Below, one piece after another: positions 12,680 through 26,487 of a DNA stretch of 64,000 bases. The position numbers were made by a program, and so were the translations under genes. The stretch is from contig NC_043002.1 in assembly GCF_006345805.1 (NCBI RefSeq), positions 112,034,001-112,098,000 of the forward strand. The letters are read 5' to 3'. This stretch comes from Octopus sinensis (Eukaryota). The notes under the pieces were generated by a model that saw only the letters and a list, made by a program, of their open reading frames with translations, made no database searches and had not been told where the DNA came from. Each line of letters begins with the position of its first letter. The stretch's first letter is position 1.

Positions 12680-13155
12680 TATATATATAAAGACATTTCA
12701 AAATCGGAAAAGAGTAGTTGTAATGGGCAATTACTTGTTACAATAGAAATCACTCTGGTCAGTCAGATATCTCAAGCCGAGTTTTGTATTTTGGACGATT
12801 TATTCTCTACTCAGAGTTTTATTTTATCGAGTTTAAATAGTCAGACTGTGCTGAATTCAAGAAGGACAACACTTTTGTTCAGTAGCTGAAGTTCTTCAGC
12901 TATAATGAATTTGATAAAACTTTGATCAAAATTGGTTTAAATTAATGGCATTTGAATGGTAAGAAATGGTAAATTCATAAACGAAGATTTATTGCTTAAC
13001 ATAGGGAAACTATTTTAATTAACGTTGAAAATCAACATGAACATAAACTAATTTGAAAGAAGCAATGTCTTCACTGACTCATTTTCCCAGTATTTTAGGC
13101 ACTTAATCCACTTTCATCTTAGGGTCATGTTGTCTCTAATACGTTTCTCCTATGG

Positions 13156-13541
13156 ATGGAAGCACTCCGTCGGTTACGACGATGAGGGTTTCCGGTTGAT
13201 CAGACCAACGGAACAGCCTGCTCGTGAAATTAACGTGTAAGTGGCTGAGCAACTCCCACAGACACGTGTACCTTAAAGTAGTTCTCGGGGATATTCAGCG
13301 TGACACAGAGGTGACAAGGCCGGCCTTTTGAAATACAGGTACAACAGAAACAGGAAGTAAGAGTGAGAGAAAGTTGTGGTGAAAGAGTACAGCAGGGATC
13401 ACCTGCCATCCTCTGCCGGAGCCTCGTGGAGCTTTAGGTGTTTTCGCTCAATAAACACTCACAACGCCCGGTCTGGGAATCGAAACCGCGATCCTACGAC
13501 CGCGAGTCCGCTGCCCTAACCACTGGGCCATTGCACCTCCA
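13156..13541 (-). mobile_element. SINE family C with 14-bp TSD
   Basis: TSD tacgtttctcctat at 13140..13153 and 13543..13556. Confidence 0.92.
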
Positions 13542-13763
13542 CTACGTTTCTCCTATATTACGGGTATTTTGATGGAACTTTTCCCCCGCATTCTTCACCT
13601 AACCACTGGGCCATTGCGCCTCCACTACGTTTCTCCTATATAACGGGTAATTTGATGGAACTTTTTCCCCGCATTCTTCACCTAACCACTGGGCCATTGC
13701 GCCTCTACTACGTTTCTCCTATATTACGGGTATTTTGATGGAACTTTTTCCCCGCATTCTTCA
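13515..13763 (+). repeat. Three tandem 83-bp units spanning the SINE head and flank
   Basis: Units start at 13515, 13598 and 13681. Confidence 0.93.
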
Positions 13764-14287
13764 CTGTAACCTCCACAATTCTCATAATGCACCCCACCCC
13801 CCATTTCTAACTGGATCGTTATATGATCTAATATGTTAGACTGAAAACCACTCTGAATATCCACACCCAGCGATCACAGCGCCACGGAGACAAAAAATAA
13901 ACTGATGAAGAGCCTTTAAGATAAGGTTGTTTTCACTAAAACAATCTTTCTCAGAATAAAACTAAGTTGAATTAGGAAAAGAAAAGAAGACGAAGAATAA
14001 AACCGCCATTGAAGATAAAACTACAATTAGAGCTACTCATCTAAAGAGAGTGCCGAACAGGTGCACGTTTGTTTGAGTTGCAGTTTACATACGGTTCAAA
14101 AGTAGTACACACCCATTCATTTGATGTATGGGTAGGTATGCACGCACATACACACACATACATTCACGCATTTATGTCTGCGTCTGTATGAAGATATAGA
14201 TATAACACACACATGTATATGTATATACGTCTACATCTACACATATACACTAAATATACGTGTGTATATATATATATATATATATAT

Positions 14288-14367
<80 letters not shown>

Positions 14368-15948
14368 ATACACACCATTTATGTCACATACAAAACGTAT
14401 GTGTTTTGTTTATACGCCTTTCGACTGCAGTATTTCGCCCAGAAAAAGTCCCTTTAAGACGTCGATTACTAAAAAGCACTGTGTATCTCAAAAACCAGGC
14501 GAAACGAATAACTTTGTAGGTGAACAAGAATGATGGACATCAATATTTACCTGTTATTTCAGCTAATCGGAACCGTATAATCGAGTTACCCTCGAAATGA
14601 TGTCTTAAAGGGACTTTCCATGGACGAAATAGTGCAACAGAGAAACGTTTCAACAGAACATATACATTAAGCATGTGATATTAATAATGTTTATATCATT
14701 AGAACAGCTTCTAATGGGGTAGAAAGGGCTCCTTAGCTGTAGTGGAGGCAATCTATCTAGGGAGATAACCTTACAATAAATCACTCGGTCCGTAGCTTAG
14801 AAATACTGGGTTGACGTCCAGCGGGAACAGCTTTATTTCATGGAGGAGAAAGATCTTCTTTAGTGCTTGGTTGTACAATGCTTTCCAATGTGTGTAGCAG
14901 TGGCGCGCGCACACATTATTAGCCATTTGAAAAGACTATGAAAGTCTCGACCACGGTCGAACAATGATGATGATGATGAGAACTGCTTCTAATTCAAAAT
15001 TGATTTTATTTTACTCGAATGGAGTTGTTGCACATGAGCAGATAAATTTTACACAATCTGTAAATACCTCAGACCAGTGAGTTGAATTCATTTCTAAGGT
15101 AACTCAAGCATACAGTGCCGATGAGCTGAAATAACAGTGAAATATCATTATCCACTCTTCTCTTGAGTTCAACTGCGGAGCGCTGCGTTTCACACGGGGT
15201 TTGAGGTATACAGTGTTTTTAACACTCGACATCTAATTACTCGACATTTCTAATTACAAAATTCTTTCCCGCCAAATTTCTTTCTTCTTAAAATGAAGTC
15301 TTTTTCTTGTGTATAGAAAAATAATTATTGGTTTCTAATATTTTGGTATAATGCCAGGAATTTCGGGAGGAGGGAGCAAGTTGTTTACATCGATCTCAGT
15401 GCTCTACTTATAAATAGGCAGACATAAAGTTCACGGTGCCGGTCATAAATGTTTGTGGGATAATACCCCAGATTGTTCGGTTTTATAATGAGCTGGAAAG
15501 AAGCTATACACTCACACAATTAAACGTCAAACCTGGAAGATGATAATCTACCTTCTATGCTCTTTGCTCGTAAGTTATGGGCTCTGTATCGGAAATTATA
15601 AAAAGACAGACATAAAGTTCACGCTGCCGGTCATAAATGTTTGTGGGATAATACCCCAGATAATGTAGGATTCTGTTAACCCCACAAAATACTCAATGAG
15701 CACTTTACGATTAATTTTGGTCCAGTACGGGCAGTGGGTGGCTCACGGAACCATGGGGTGCACTGATGAAATCTAGAAGACTGTTTCTCCTCCGTTTCTG
15801 GGCGGGCTGCTCTTATTCATCGCACGCGTGTGTGTGTAGCCGTCCATTACGTTTATTTGTATCAAATAGTTAACCACGTCAGTATAAATATTCTACAGCT
15901 TCCTTCCCTCATCCCTTTTGTTTTTTCATGCAAATGTATATGTACATG

Positions 15949-16334
15949 ATGGAAGAACTCCGTCGGTTACGACGATGAGGGTTCCGGTTGATCTGAATCA
16001 ACGGAACAGCCTGCTCGTGAAATTAACGTGTAAGTGGCTGAGCACTCCACAGACACGTGTACCCTTAACGCAGTTCTCGGGGATATTCAGCGTGACACAG
16101 AGAGTGACAAGGCCGACCCTTTGAAATACAGGTACAACAGAAACAGGAAGTAAGAGTGAGAGAAAGTTGTGGTGAAAGAGTACAGCAGGGATCACCACCA
16201 TCCCCTGCCGGAGGCCTCGTGGAGCTTTAGGTGTTTTCGCTCAATAAACACTCACAACGCCCGGTCTGGGAATCGAAACCGCGATCCTATGACCGCGAGT
16301 CCGCTGCCCTAACCACTGGGCCATTGCGCCTCCA
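15949..16334 (-). mobile_element. SINE family C
   Basis: Full-length match to the other copies. Confidence 0.92.
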
Positions 16335-16474
16335 CATGTAAACTATAACAGACGTTAGAAACGACTGTAACGTAACTGTTTCACTTACACAGAAATCTTA
16401 GATACAGACGTAAGAAAAGATCCCGTCCGCACCGGGAGCCTTCCTGTATATACAAGATGACTATAGATACTCAC

Positions 16475-16628
16475 CTCCAGGTACAGTTATCTAAACTAAA
16501 CAGTCCGTCTAAACTGTTTTGATCCACCAAAAAGTGCTAGTTTGGCGAGAGGCTTCCATTGTAAACTGTTAATGCTACTCTACAGCTTCCCAACGTATTA
16601 TCAATGTTTATGGAATTTATCCAAAGCT
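16475..16628 (-). other. Candidate spliced exon, 154 bp, probably non-coding
   Basis: Minus-strand acceptor gtttttatattttag| and donor GAG|GTGAGT; no fully open frame. Confidence 0.3.
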
Positions 16629-17139
16629 CTAAAATATAAAAACGGGGCCTCACTTGATGCTACATATTTTAATGAGATACAACTATTTACAATCATACAA
16701 CTCCACCCAAACAACGCCTAGAACTACTCTCTCTCTTTCTCTCCCTCTCTTTATCTCCCCCTCTCTCTCTCCCTTTATCTACCTATCTATCTATCTCTAT
16801 CTCTAACTATCTATACCTCTCTCTTTCTTTATATCCCTCTCACACACCCTATTTATTTTCATCTCCCACTCTATCTCTGTCTGCCTCCCACTTACTCTTT
16901 CTATGTGTGTGTGTGTGTTTGTATGTATGTACATGTGTGTATATGTTTTTCTCTAACCCCAAGCCAACCGTGATTGAACAGACTTATGATCAAAGGTGCT
17001 CAAGTTGTGACCACCCCTTCTTTTTCTTAGTATGTTTCCGGGACCATGTGCCGAGACTGTGACACGCGGAGTCTATGATAAAGGAGGTTCAGTCATATTG
17101 CCGGAACCCTAATAATCAGATGACCCCTTCTCAAAACGG

Positions 17140-17276
17140 TAACCTGGTAAGAAGTTTGCTTCCCAACTACATGGTTCCACGTTCCCCACTGCATGGCATC
17201 TTGGTCAAGTGTCTTCTACTATAACCGCGAGCCGACCCAGTGGATTTGGTAGACAAAAACTGAAAGAACCCCCATC

Positions 17277-17356
<80 letters not shown>

Positions 17357-17425
17357 GCGTGCGTGTGCATGTGTGTGCATGTGTGTGTGTGTGGTTGTCC
17401 GTGTTTGTTCACCAACAGCACTTGA
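17140..17425 (+). mobile_element. SINE family B, degraded and 3'-truncated
   Basis: catcttggtcaagtgtcttctactata..gtggatttggtagac blocks. Confidence 0.75.
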
Positions 17426-17844
17426 CCACCGGCGGAACAGCGGAAGCTGGGCTGTTAGCTGAATACAAGTTTCCGCTGAATGTGTTACAGCATGTGGAAT
17501 CTCGGATCATCATACCGTCAGGCTTTTTACCGTCCTCTCGGTCTAGCCCCGCTGGCTCGAGCTGGAATGGAAAGCCTGCAGGGTCGGCAACCTACGGATC
17601 CAGGCCACGAGAACTAATGCCCAATGAGTTGTTTATCTAAAATTTAATTTATTGTAATACGAGAGACGAGACTTTCGAATACAATAAAAGACCTGCTGTT
17701 ACATTCTTCCACAAATCTTCTGATTCACTCTACCACCAACCGGATGTGAACACTTTGACAACAAAAACACAAAATTCGTCGAATACGCAGCGCTCCGCAC
17801 ACCATTTCCGCTCACACAACACAAAAATGATAACAATAATAATA

Positions 17845-18220
17845 ATAATTAATTCTTTTATTGGCCCAAGGGCTGACACACATGATTAGAAAACATAAAG
17901 GGACAAAACAGGACGAAAGGTTACAAAGGGTTTTGTCCGTTGTGAAAAAATCGTGTAAAAACAGTGTAACATCAAATATATAACAACGAAAAACTCCCAA
18001 TAGGGGGAAGCGCTTCGAAAGGTTCCTGGTGGAAAAAAAAACCCATAAAAGCCTCCGAAATATTTCTACCCAATCACCGCTACTCCCACGTAAAAAATAA
18101 ACTAAAATCCTGAGAGCCGGCTTGAGCCAGCCGACGGACATAAAAAGACTGCCTCAAAGGAACAATTGTCTCAGCTGGGGTCCTGCCTTCGCTCTATCAA
18201 CGGCGTCCCCCACCCCCTCC
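17845..18220 (-). mobile_element. Probable LINE 3' UTR/tail (clade uncertain) next to (AAT)n
   Basis: Ends agcccttgggccaataaaagaa followed by AT-rich repeats; no recognisable ORF. Confidence 0.45.
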
Positions 18221-18510
18221 CATCTCTGATTCAGGAAACCGACAATAGCTTACAAACACTCATTTTCTCGCGCTCGAATTCTTCATTGAGCTCCGTTCTA
18301 TTATTACACATCTCTTCTCCAGCAAGGGATTTCTATTGATTTATTTCACTATTGTATTTTTCAAATAATACATTCATTGTTATCGTTTAAAATCTCATTT
18401 GTTTCTTCTTGTTGTCCTTGCCACCATACGCGTGCCTATTTCCGCCTTTCATCATCAGCATCATCATCATTATCGTACACATTATACAAGTAATTAGCAG
18501 CCATAACTAA

Positions 18511-18732
18511 CTGGCAGAAACGTTAGCACGCTGGGCGAAATGCTTAGAAGTATTTCGTCTGCTGCTACGTTCTGAGTTCAAATTCCGCCGAGGTCGACTT
18601 TGCCTTTCATCCTTTCGGGGTCGATTAAATTAGTACCAGTTACGCACTGGGGTCGATATAATCGACTTAATACCTATGTCTGTCCTTGTTTGTCCCCTCT
18701 GTGCTTAGCCCCTTGTGGGTAGTAAAGGAATA
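18511..18732 (+). mobile_element. SINE family A
   Basis: Head, core and tail match 6449..6660. Confidence 0.92.
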
Positions 18733-18842
18733 GGTATTATTACAATTGTAATATGAGAATCGAGGAGGGAAGCGAGCTGGTACTATCGGTAGCACATCGG
18801 GCAAAATGCTTAACAGCATTCCGTCCACCCTTACGTTTAAAA

Positions 18843-19058
18843 GGCGGCGATCTGGTAGAAACGTTAAGCACACCGGGCGAAATGCTTAGCGGTATTCCGT
18901 CTGTCTTTACGTTCTGAATTCAAATTCCGCCGCGGTCGACTTTGCCTTCATCCTTTCAGGGTCGATAAATTAAGTACCAGTTGCGTACTAGGGTCGATCT
19001 AATCGACTGGCCTCCTCCCCCAAAATTTCGGACCTTGTACCCTAGAGTAGAAAGGAAT
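18843..19058 (+). mobile_element. SINE family A variant with alternative 3' tail
   Basis: Same head and core, then ggcctcctcccccaaaatttcggaccttgtaccctagagtagaaagg. Confidence 0.85.
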
Positions 19059-19146
19059 GAAAGACGAGGCTTTCGAATACAGCCATTGAAAAAATAAAAT
19101 TATTCAGATGTAAAATATTTAATTTAAAATTAAAATTTTATTCGTA

Positions 19147-19320
19147 GGCGCAGGAGTGGCTGTGTGGTAAGTAGCTTGCTTACCAACCACATGGTTCCGG
19201 GTTCAGTCCCACTGTGTGGCATCTTGGGCAAGTGTCTTCTGCTATAGCCTCGGACCGACCAATGCCTTGTGAGTGGATTTGGTAGATGGAAACTGAAAGA
19301 AGCCCGTTGTATATATGTAC

Positions 19321-19364
<44 letters not shown>

Positions 19365-19636
19365 ATATATGTATATATATTATATGTGTGTGTGTGTGTG
19401 TGTGGTGTGTGTGTGTGGTGTGTGTGTTTGTGTCTGTGTTTGTCCCCCTAGCATTGCTTGACAACCGATGCTGGTGTGTTTATATCCCCGTTACTTAGCG
19501 GTTCGGCAAGAGAGACCGATAGAATAAGTACTGGGCTTACAAAAGAATAAGTCCCGGGGTCGAGTTGCTCGATTAAAGACGGTGCTCCAGCATGGCCACA
19601 GTCAAATGACTGAAACGAGTAAAAGAGTAAAAGAGT
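19147..19636 (+). mobile_element. SINE family B
   Basis: Full length with ~130-bp internal TA/TG tract. Confidence 0.93.
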
Positions 19637-19664
19637 AGGAAAAAATTCCGATGACCATGAATGC

Positions 19665-20035
19665 AAAATGAAGAAAGGTAGATGATGAAGGCCGAATTTT
19701 CAAGAAACGTGGACATTAGATTACTTCTCCATTGAACAGAGTGGGAACCCGGTTTGTCTCGTATGTCTAGAAAGCATTGCTGTGGATAAGGTAACAAATA
19801 TTACGAGATGCACCATTGTGAAATTCTAGAACATTTACTGGACAAGCAAGGAAAGATGAAGTTGAGCGGTTGAAGTCGAGTTTTGGAAACGAACGTCATT
19901 TTTTTAAATCAGAAAAGGCGAAAATGTGGCAAATACAATTACCAGCTATGAAGTCTCAAAGTGCGTCGCTCAAAAGATAAAAACCTTTTACAGATGGTGA
20001 TTTATTTTTTAAAGATTGCTTATTGACTGTGTTGC
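19665..20035 (+). mobile_element. Decayed hAT transposase N-terminal fragment (GTF2IRD2/SPIN-like)
   Basis: Frameshifted RKVDDEGR..FQETWTLDYFSIEQSGNPVCLVCLESIAV and SYEVSKCVAQK..KPFTDG..KDCL. Confidence 0.75.
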
Positions 20036-20730
20036 TCACAGTTCTGGAGGCCAGGCCTCAGGGAAACGCCGATATGAGTACCAGTTGCAAGTAATAGCAC
20101 TGCATTGAGCCAGGCTCCAATGTAAGGTTCGGAGGCTGAGCGAGAACACACCAGACGGTGCTAATCAGGTCGGCGCACTAATTCGTTTTGTTGGATGGCC
20201 GATGGTTCGCATTCAGTCAGATATCAATAGCGTAATGTTCCCAGGACATATAATTTATGTTTTTTCACTCCTAACAGAGTTGGATCAGTTTTGTATGTCG
20301 TAGGAAGAAGACGAATTTCCTATTAGTTCGCAGAATTGTCGAACAAACCTGAGATCAAAAAGTATTCTAGGAGTGACCATAGCGCCATATCTAGGACTAC
20401 ATCTTTTTCTTTTTTGAGCAGGTCCAGAATTGTTGAAAAAGATATGAATGTCTCGCAGTCTCCTATTTCTTGCAGACCTAAAGCCTTGTACATTACAGCT
20501 GAGGTGTGTGCTAGATTGTATTCTATTAACTTATCACATCAATTCCGATAAAGCAACATCCAGTTTAGTCCGATGCAAATTCACTCCTTCCTCTCACTCT
20601 ATATTCCTGTTTCCCACTCCCTTACTACTTACATTCGTTTCTCTTACTTTCTCTCTGTCTTCGTCTCTCTCTCGCTCTCTCTCTCTCTCCACACACACAC
20701 ACACACACACCACACACACCACACACACAC

Positions 20731-20791
<61 letters not shown>

Positions 20792-20795
<4 letters not shown>

Positions 20796-21010
20796 CGGGA
20801 AGCTTTATGAAAATAGACAAAAGACGAAGGCAGGTGGAAAACAAACAAACAATTGTATTAGTATGGCGCTCAGGAAATATAAATAAAACAAGTCTTTAAC
20901 GTTTCGAGCCTACGCTCTTCAACAGAAAGATACACAGAGAGAGAGAAAAAAAAACACAGAAAGAAGGAGAGAAAAAAATGCGTGCAGTAACTAACGAATC
21001 AACATGATAT
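20792..21010. mobile_element. pLTR-like element; hammerhead-like motif at 20892..20931 (-)
   Basis: Highly similar to 10282..10490. Confidence 0.75.
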
Positions 21011-21400
21011 ATTTGAGTAGTTGAATGAATTATCTTATTAAGGATAATTCGAATTAACCGATACCTGGGTAGCAAATTCACATCAGAAAAAACACGTCTA
21101 CGTGCTTTCGTGTGGAAATTTGTATGTTTAAAAATATAAATATATTCGAAACATATGTCGAAAATAAAGGAATTTTGTTAATTCGTCGTTCAACTCCATT
21201 CTCTCATATATATATATATACATATAAATATATATATATATATAATATATATATATATATAGATATATATATATAATATATATTATATATATTATATATA
21301 TATATAACATATATATATATTATATATATATATATACATATATATCTCTATATATCTATATATATATATATATAATATATTTGCACAACAAATATTAAAC

Positions 21401-21441
<41 letters not shown>

Positions 21442-21449
<8 letters not shown>

Positions 21450-21508
21450 GAAATGAGGTACTCAGAAGATCGATGGTTTATATTTACAGATATTTATTTA
21501 TATATTAC

Positions 21509-21543
<35 letters not shown>

Positions 21544-21690
21544 TATCAGTTAGATCATTAGCGCTTTCTCCCATTCTAATGGGGTTTTCAAATCAAACTA
21601 AGTTAGTTTGATTTGAAAAAATGTAATATATAAATAAATACCTGTAAATATAAACCATCCAATCTTCTGAGTACCTCATTTCTTCTAATA
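21442..21690. repeat. Fold-back element with ~70-bp arms and an inner 35-bp palindrome
   Basis: 21442..21511 is the reverse complement of 21620..21690; ttttcaaatcaaacta/tagtttgatttgaaaa at 21585..21619. Confidence 0.92.
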
Positions 21691-21734
21691 TATAATACCT
21701 GTACATCATCTCCAAACCTTCCAATATATATATA

Positions 21735-21840
21735 TAAAGACTTGTTTTATTTATATTCCTGAGCGCCATACTAATACAATTGTTTGTTTGTATTCCACCT
21801 GCCTTCGTCTTTTGTTTATTTTCATAAAGCTTCCCGTTAT
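21735..21840. mobile_element. pLTR-like fragment, inverted relative to 20792
   Basis: Reverse complement of 20792..20895. Confidence 0.8.
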
Positions 21841-21849
21841 ATATATATC

Positions 21850-21880
<31 letters not shown>

Positions 21881-22208
21881 GCGTGTCTTTGAATGTTTCT
21901 ATTTCTGTCCCGCACGACTCAAGTGTCCTCTCTTCTCCTTCCTCTCCCCTCTCTCTCTCTCTCTCTCTTTCTCTTCTTGTACAAACATTAACCGATTTAT
22001 CGTTACCTACCATTGAAACAAATCAATAAGTGTTCTAATCACCGTAAAAATATTTCTCATCAGCAATTGATAAATTGGTTTGTATAAAAGACCAGCAGTG
22101 AATGGCTTTATCTAACATTCTCCATGATTCATTGTCCCTACGTCTCGCTAAACCAGCCAATTCACACGCCCCTCAGGCACAATTCCTCTCCCTCCTCCTC
22201 CTCCCCTT

Positions 22209-22239
<31 letters not shown>

Positions 22240-22931
22240 TTTGAACAGGACAATTACTATGTGAAACATAACAGCTAAAACACGTTAAGCTCTACTATAC
22301 ACATGATATATAAAGTAGGAAAAGGAAGAAAGCAACTTCAGAACTACAAAAAAATACTTCGTGACAGAAAACGTGTTCACCCACACATTGGAAGTCCCAA
22401 TGCCGATTGGTCCGATTCAGTTTGTTTTAAGTAATAAATTGGTGTGTGTGTGTGTGATTATTATTTCTGTTAATGTACTTGCTCTTTGTTGTTTTCTTTT
22501 TAATATTTGCATTGTTTATTGTCTCATTGTTTGACTTGTTTTTGTTGTTCTTTTGTTCACACGTTGATTTTTCTCTGCCTTTTACACTTATTGATTGATT
22601 AAGTGATGCCGAACACCGAGGCTAAGAATAATAAAGAAGCTGTGTATGCTAACACAAAAGCTCACTTCTGGATTGCCTTGTAACAGAATTTGCCTGATAT
22701 TTGCAAATACGATTTCCATGCAAGATGGAAATTCTCCCCGAGTAGGCAACGTACCAATGGCCTCCGGACATGCGTTTACCTACCAGGAAACAGACATGTT
22801 GTTTTTGTCCTTTTTTTCTTGTTGTTGTTTTTGTTGTTGTGATGTCAGTCCTGCTGGAAACAACCGTGATTACAGTTGTTCCAGTCACGAAAACACCTTT
22901 TTTCTTAATAGCAACCATAGTGTATTTAGAA

Positions 22932-23323
22932 TTAGCAGTATCGCCCGGCGTTGCTCGGGTTTGTTATGGAAATAACTATATAAGCATTTTTAGAGATGTA
23001 AAGTATAATAGCCATCTCAATATGGCTACCACAAAGGGGGGGTGTTACTGTAGCTTTTTACGTTTCTGAGATTTAATAATAAATTTTAGAGAGTTACTTC
23101 CCTTATATGCCAAAAATGCATTAAAATGGGAAAAATTGATGGTAAATTTTTTTAAAAATCGTAGACTCATCGTAGACGCACGCTAATACCCAGAAGGGCT
23201 CGATATGAATCACGACTATAAGATACCCGCTTTTGGTTAAACTGCACCGCAAAATGTGGGAGTAGTTAGGAATCTAAATCGTAGGAGAAAGACAGCACAC
23301 AACCTCTCTTTTATATATAAAGA
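22932..23323 (-). mobile_element. Non-autonomous Helitron, copy 4
   Basis: TC start and 3' hairpin on the minus strand; terminus reads CTAA. Confidence 0.9.
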
Positions 23324-23853
23324 TAACATTCGTCCTTTTTAAAGCAGCGCGGAATTGAGTGAGGTCTGGTGGCTGTTTCTAGCAGATATAATGACACATA
23401 GAGGCTTCCTCGCTGCATCGTATACATCTGTGTACAGTTGTTGTAGTAAACATGTCCGGTAGGTTCACCGTCATCAATTCATCGGGGTTCTTTTTTGGTC
23501 TTTCTTTCTTTTTTGTTTTTGTTTTTTTTGTTTGTTTTTTTTTTGTTTTTTGCTTCTTCTTTTTTTCAATAAAATAATTTTTAACAATTATGGATACATT
23601 TTCTAGGTAAACTTTCCTCGCGGTGAACTTTCCTCACGGTGAATTGATGGCGGTGAACTTACCTGTAATCGTAGTAACTGCGAAATACAAAATACTTCCG
23701 TATGTAGTAGGATCGTCATATTATTTACATAATATCAAGATGTTCGTTGATGTGTATCAGGTTATATCGCCACACTGATAATAACACTATACGATGTATC
23801 TCAAGGATACAATATGCAGCGAAGACCGTGATATAAATACACACACCTACATG

Positions 23854-23912
<59 letters not shown>

Positions 23913-23997
23913 TGCATGCATCTTCTATCTGGTAACTTGACTTGGTAGATATAGCATTCAAATCTCCTTCAGATCACATGTTCACACATATATATAT

Positions 23998-24226
23998 ATT
24001 TCTTTACTGCCCACAAGGGGGTAAACATAGAGGGGACAAACAAGGACAGACAAAGGGATTAAGTCGATTACATCGACCCCAGTGCGTAACTGGTACTTTA
24101 TTTATCGACCCCGAAAGGATGAAAGGCAAAGTCGACCTCGGCGGAATTTGAACTCACAACGTAACGCAGACGAAATACCGCTAAGCATTTCGCCCGACAC
24201 GCTAACGTTTCTGCCAGCTCGCCGCC
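23998..24226 (-). mobile_element. SINE family A
   Basis: Full-length reverse complement. Confidence 0.92.
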
Positions 24227-24295
24227 TAAATATATATAATATATATATTACATATAATATATATATATCATAATATATATATATATATATATATT

Positions 24296-24332
<37 letters not shown>

Positions 24333-24995
24333 GTTTTTTTAAAAGATATGGTTACGCATGTGCAATGATATACTGTGACGGTCGGAGTGAACTGCACCAC
24401 CACCTACACATATGTTTCCTCATAATTTCTAGAAATGGATCTTTTTAACGAAATTTTCTACAAATATGCTTTAGATGGTGTAAATTCCGAATTATATAAG
24501 TAAATATTTTGAAATAATTTTTTCAAAATAATGTAGTCCATGCCAATATGTATGTGTGTCATCCCACTTGTTTTATTTTCATATTAAATTCTGATATAAT
24601 CGTAACCAACACACTTTGAGAAGTGTTTGTCAAAATTTCCATCTAAAGACACTAATTTTTCGGGAAGTTACGAAGAAACAAAGCCGACTCGCGTGAATTT
24701 TCTGAGACTTCTCTCGCAACACTCCTGAAAAAATATTTTTCACAACAAATTCAGATATAATCAGAACGTACACCAGTCAAAACATATTTATGATAGACAA
24801 TTTCAATAACAATTATATATTTTTCTGGCAGTTATGAAGAAGTAAAATCGATGGGGCACATTTGTGTGTATTTGTCCATTACTTTAACATAAGTAATACT
24901 AAGATTATATTGCTATTTATATATCGACATTTCAGCATACTTCGCTTCACTTTCATTTTGTATGAAACAATATCTAATTATACAACTACATACTC

Positions 24996-25401
24996 TCTCT
25001 TTTACTCTTTTACTTGTTTCAGTCATTTTGACTGTGGCCATGCTGGAACACCGCCTTTAATCGAGCAACTCGACCCCGGGACTTATTCTTTGTAAGCCCA
25101 GTACTTATTCTATCGGTCTCTTTTGCCGAACCGCTAAGTGACGGGGACATAAACACACCAGCATCGGTTGTCAAGCAATGCTAGGGGGACAAACAGAGAC
25201 ACACAAACACACACACGCATATATATATATACATATATACGATGGGCTTCTTTCGTTTCCGTCTACCAAATCCACTCACAAGGCATTGGTCGGCCCGGGG
25301 CTATAGCAGAAGACACTTGCCCAGAGAGCCACGCAGTGGGACTGAACCCGGAATCATGTGGTTGGTAAGCAAGCTACTTACCACACAGCCACTCCTGCGC
25401 C
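24996..25401 (-). mobile_element. SINE family B
   Basis: Full-length reverse complement. Confidence 0.93.
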
Positions 25402-26045
25402 TATATGTGTGTGTATGTATGTATGTATGTATGTATGTATGTATGTATGTATGTGTGTATTATGTATGTATGTATGTATGTATGTATGTATGTATGTATT
25501 ATGTATGTAAGATTATAAATATATATGGTTAATGAGAGAGAGAGACAGAAGATGGAAGACACGAGATTGTTTATTGATCACTACAATCGTTTCGACCCAT
25601 CTAACTTCGATCACTCGTGGGTAGGATATTGTATAACTGGTTTAGGCGTATCCCTCGGTATAGATATGTCTCCTTAAGTGATTTTGATAGGCATCTCGTT
25701 AAAATAAATTCTGTTTCGCATTACTTATTTCTGCATGTTTTCTTCTTGGTCTTCGTAAATGGCCAATCAAGGGATACAGCTTAATTCTTATAGAAGATCC
25801 ATAACAAAGATGAGATACTAAAAAGAAACAAATACATCATACAGCAAAAAAATTATTACATACAACCGTTCGTAGTTATGGATGTACAAACACCCACACT
25901 TACGTGGTCTGGCGTACGTACACTCACCCGTACAGATGCATACGCACATATAGGCACACACACGCGGGATCTGGCGTACATACAGTCGCACACAGAATTA
26001 AGTCGTTGTTAATAAAGTCGGTGTCTATTGCTGGCCAGTGATACG

Positions 26046-26076
<31 letters not shown>

Positions 26077-26250
26077 TGTATGTATGTATGTATGTATGAA
26101 CGTATGTATGTATGTATGCATATATGTATGCATATATGTATGCATATATGTATGTATGTATGTACGTATGTATGTATGTATGCATGTACGTATGTATCTA
26201 TGTATGTATGTGTATGTATGTATGTATGTATCTATGCATGTATGTATGAG

Positions 26251-26305
<55 letters not shown>

Positions 26306-26487
26306 TATATGTTTAAGTGTATAAATATACGTGTATCAAAACAAAATATCAGAGATCCCTCCGAAGTCATGCGCTCATTAGCCCAGATTCCTGAATTCTG
26401 CAGCATATAGACTCTCCCGTCCTCCACTTGGACAGATGCTTGATTGACTAGAATTTGAGATTGCTTTTAAGAATACGCTCATACGTA

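Noticed and set aside
13515-13763. CRISPR-like periodicity
   Set aside because: The intervening segments are near-identical rather than unique spacers; eukaryotic context, no cas genes.
17653-17760. TGT..ACA segment with AATAAA, suggesting a solo LTR
   Set aside because: Too short, no TSD seen and no second copy.
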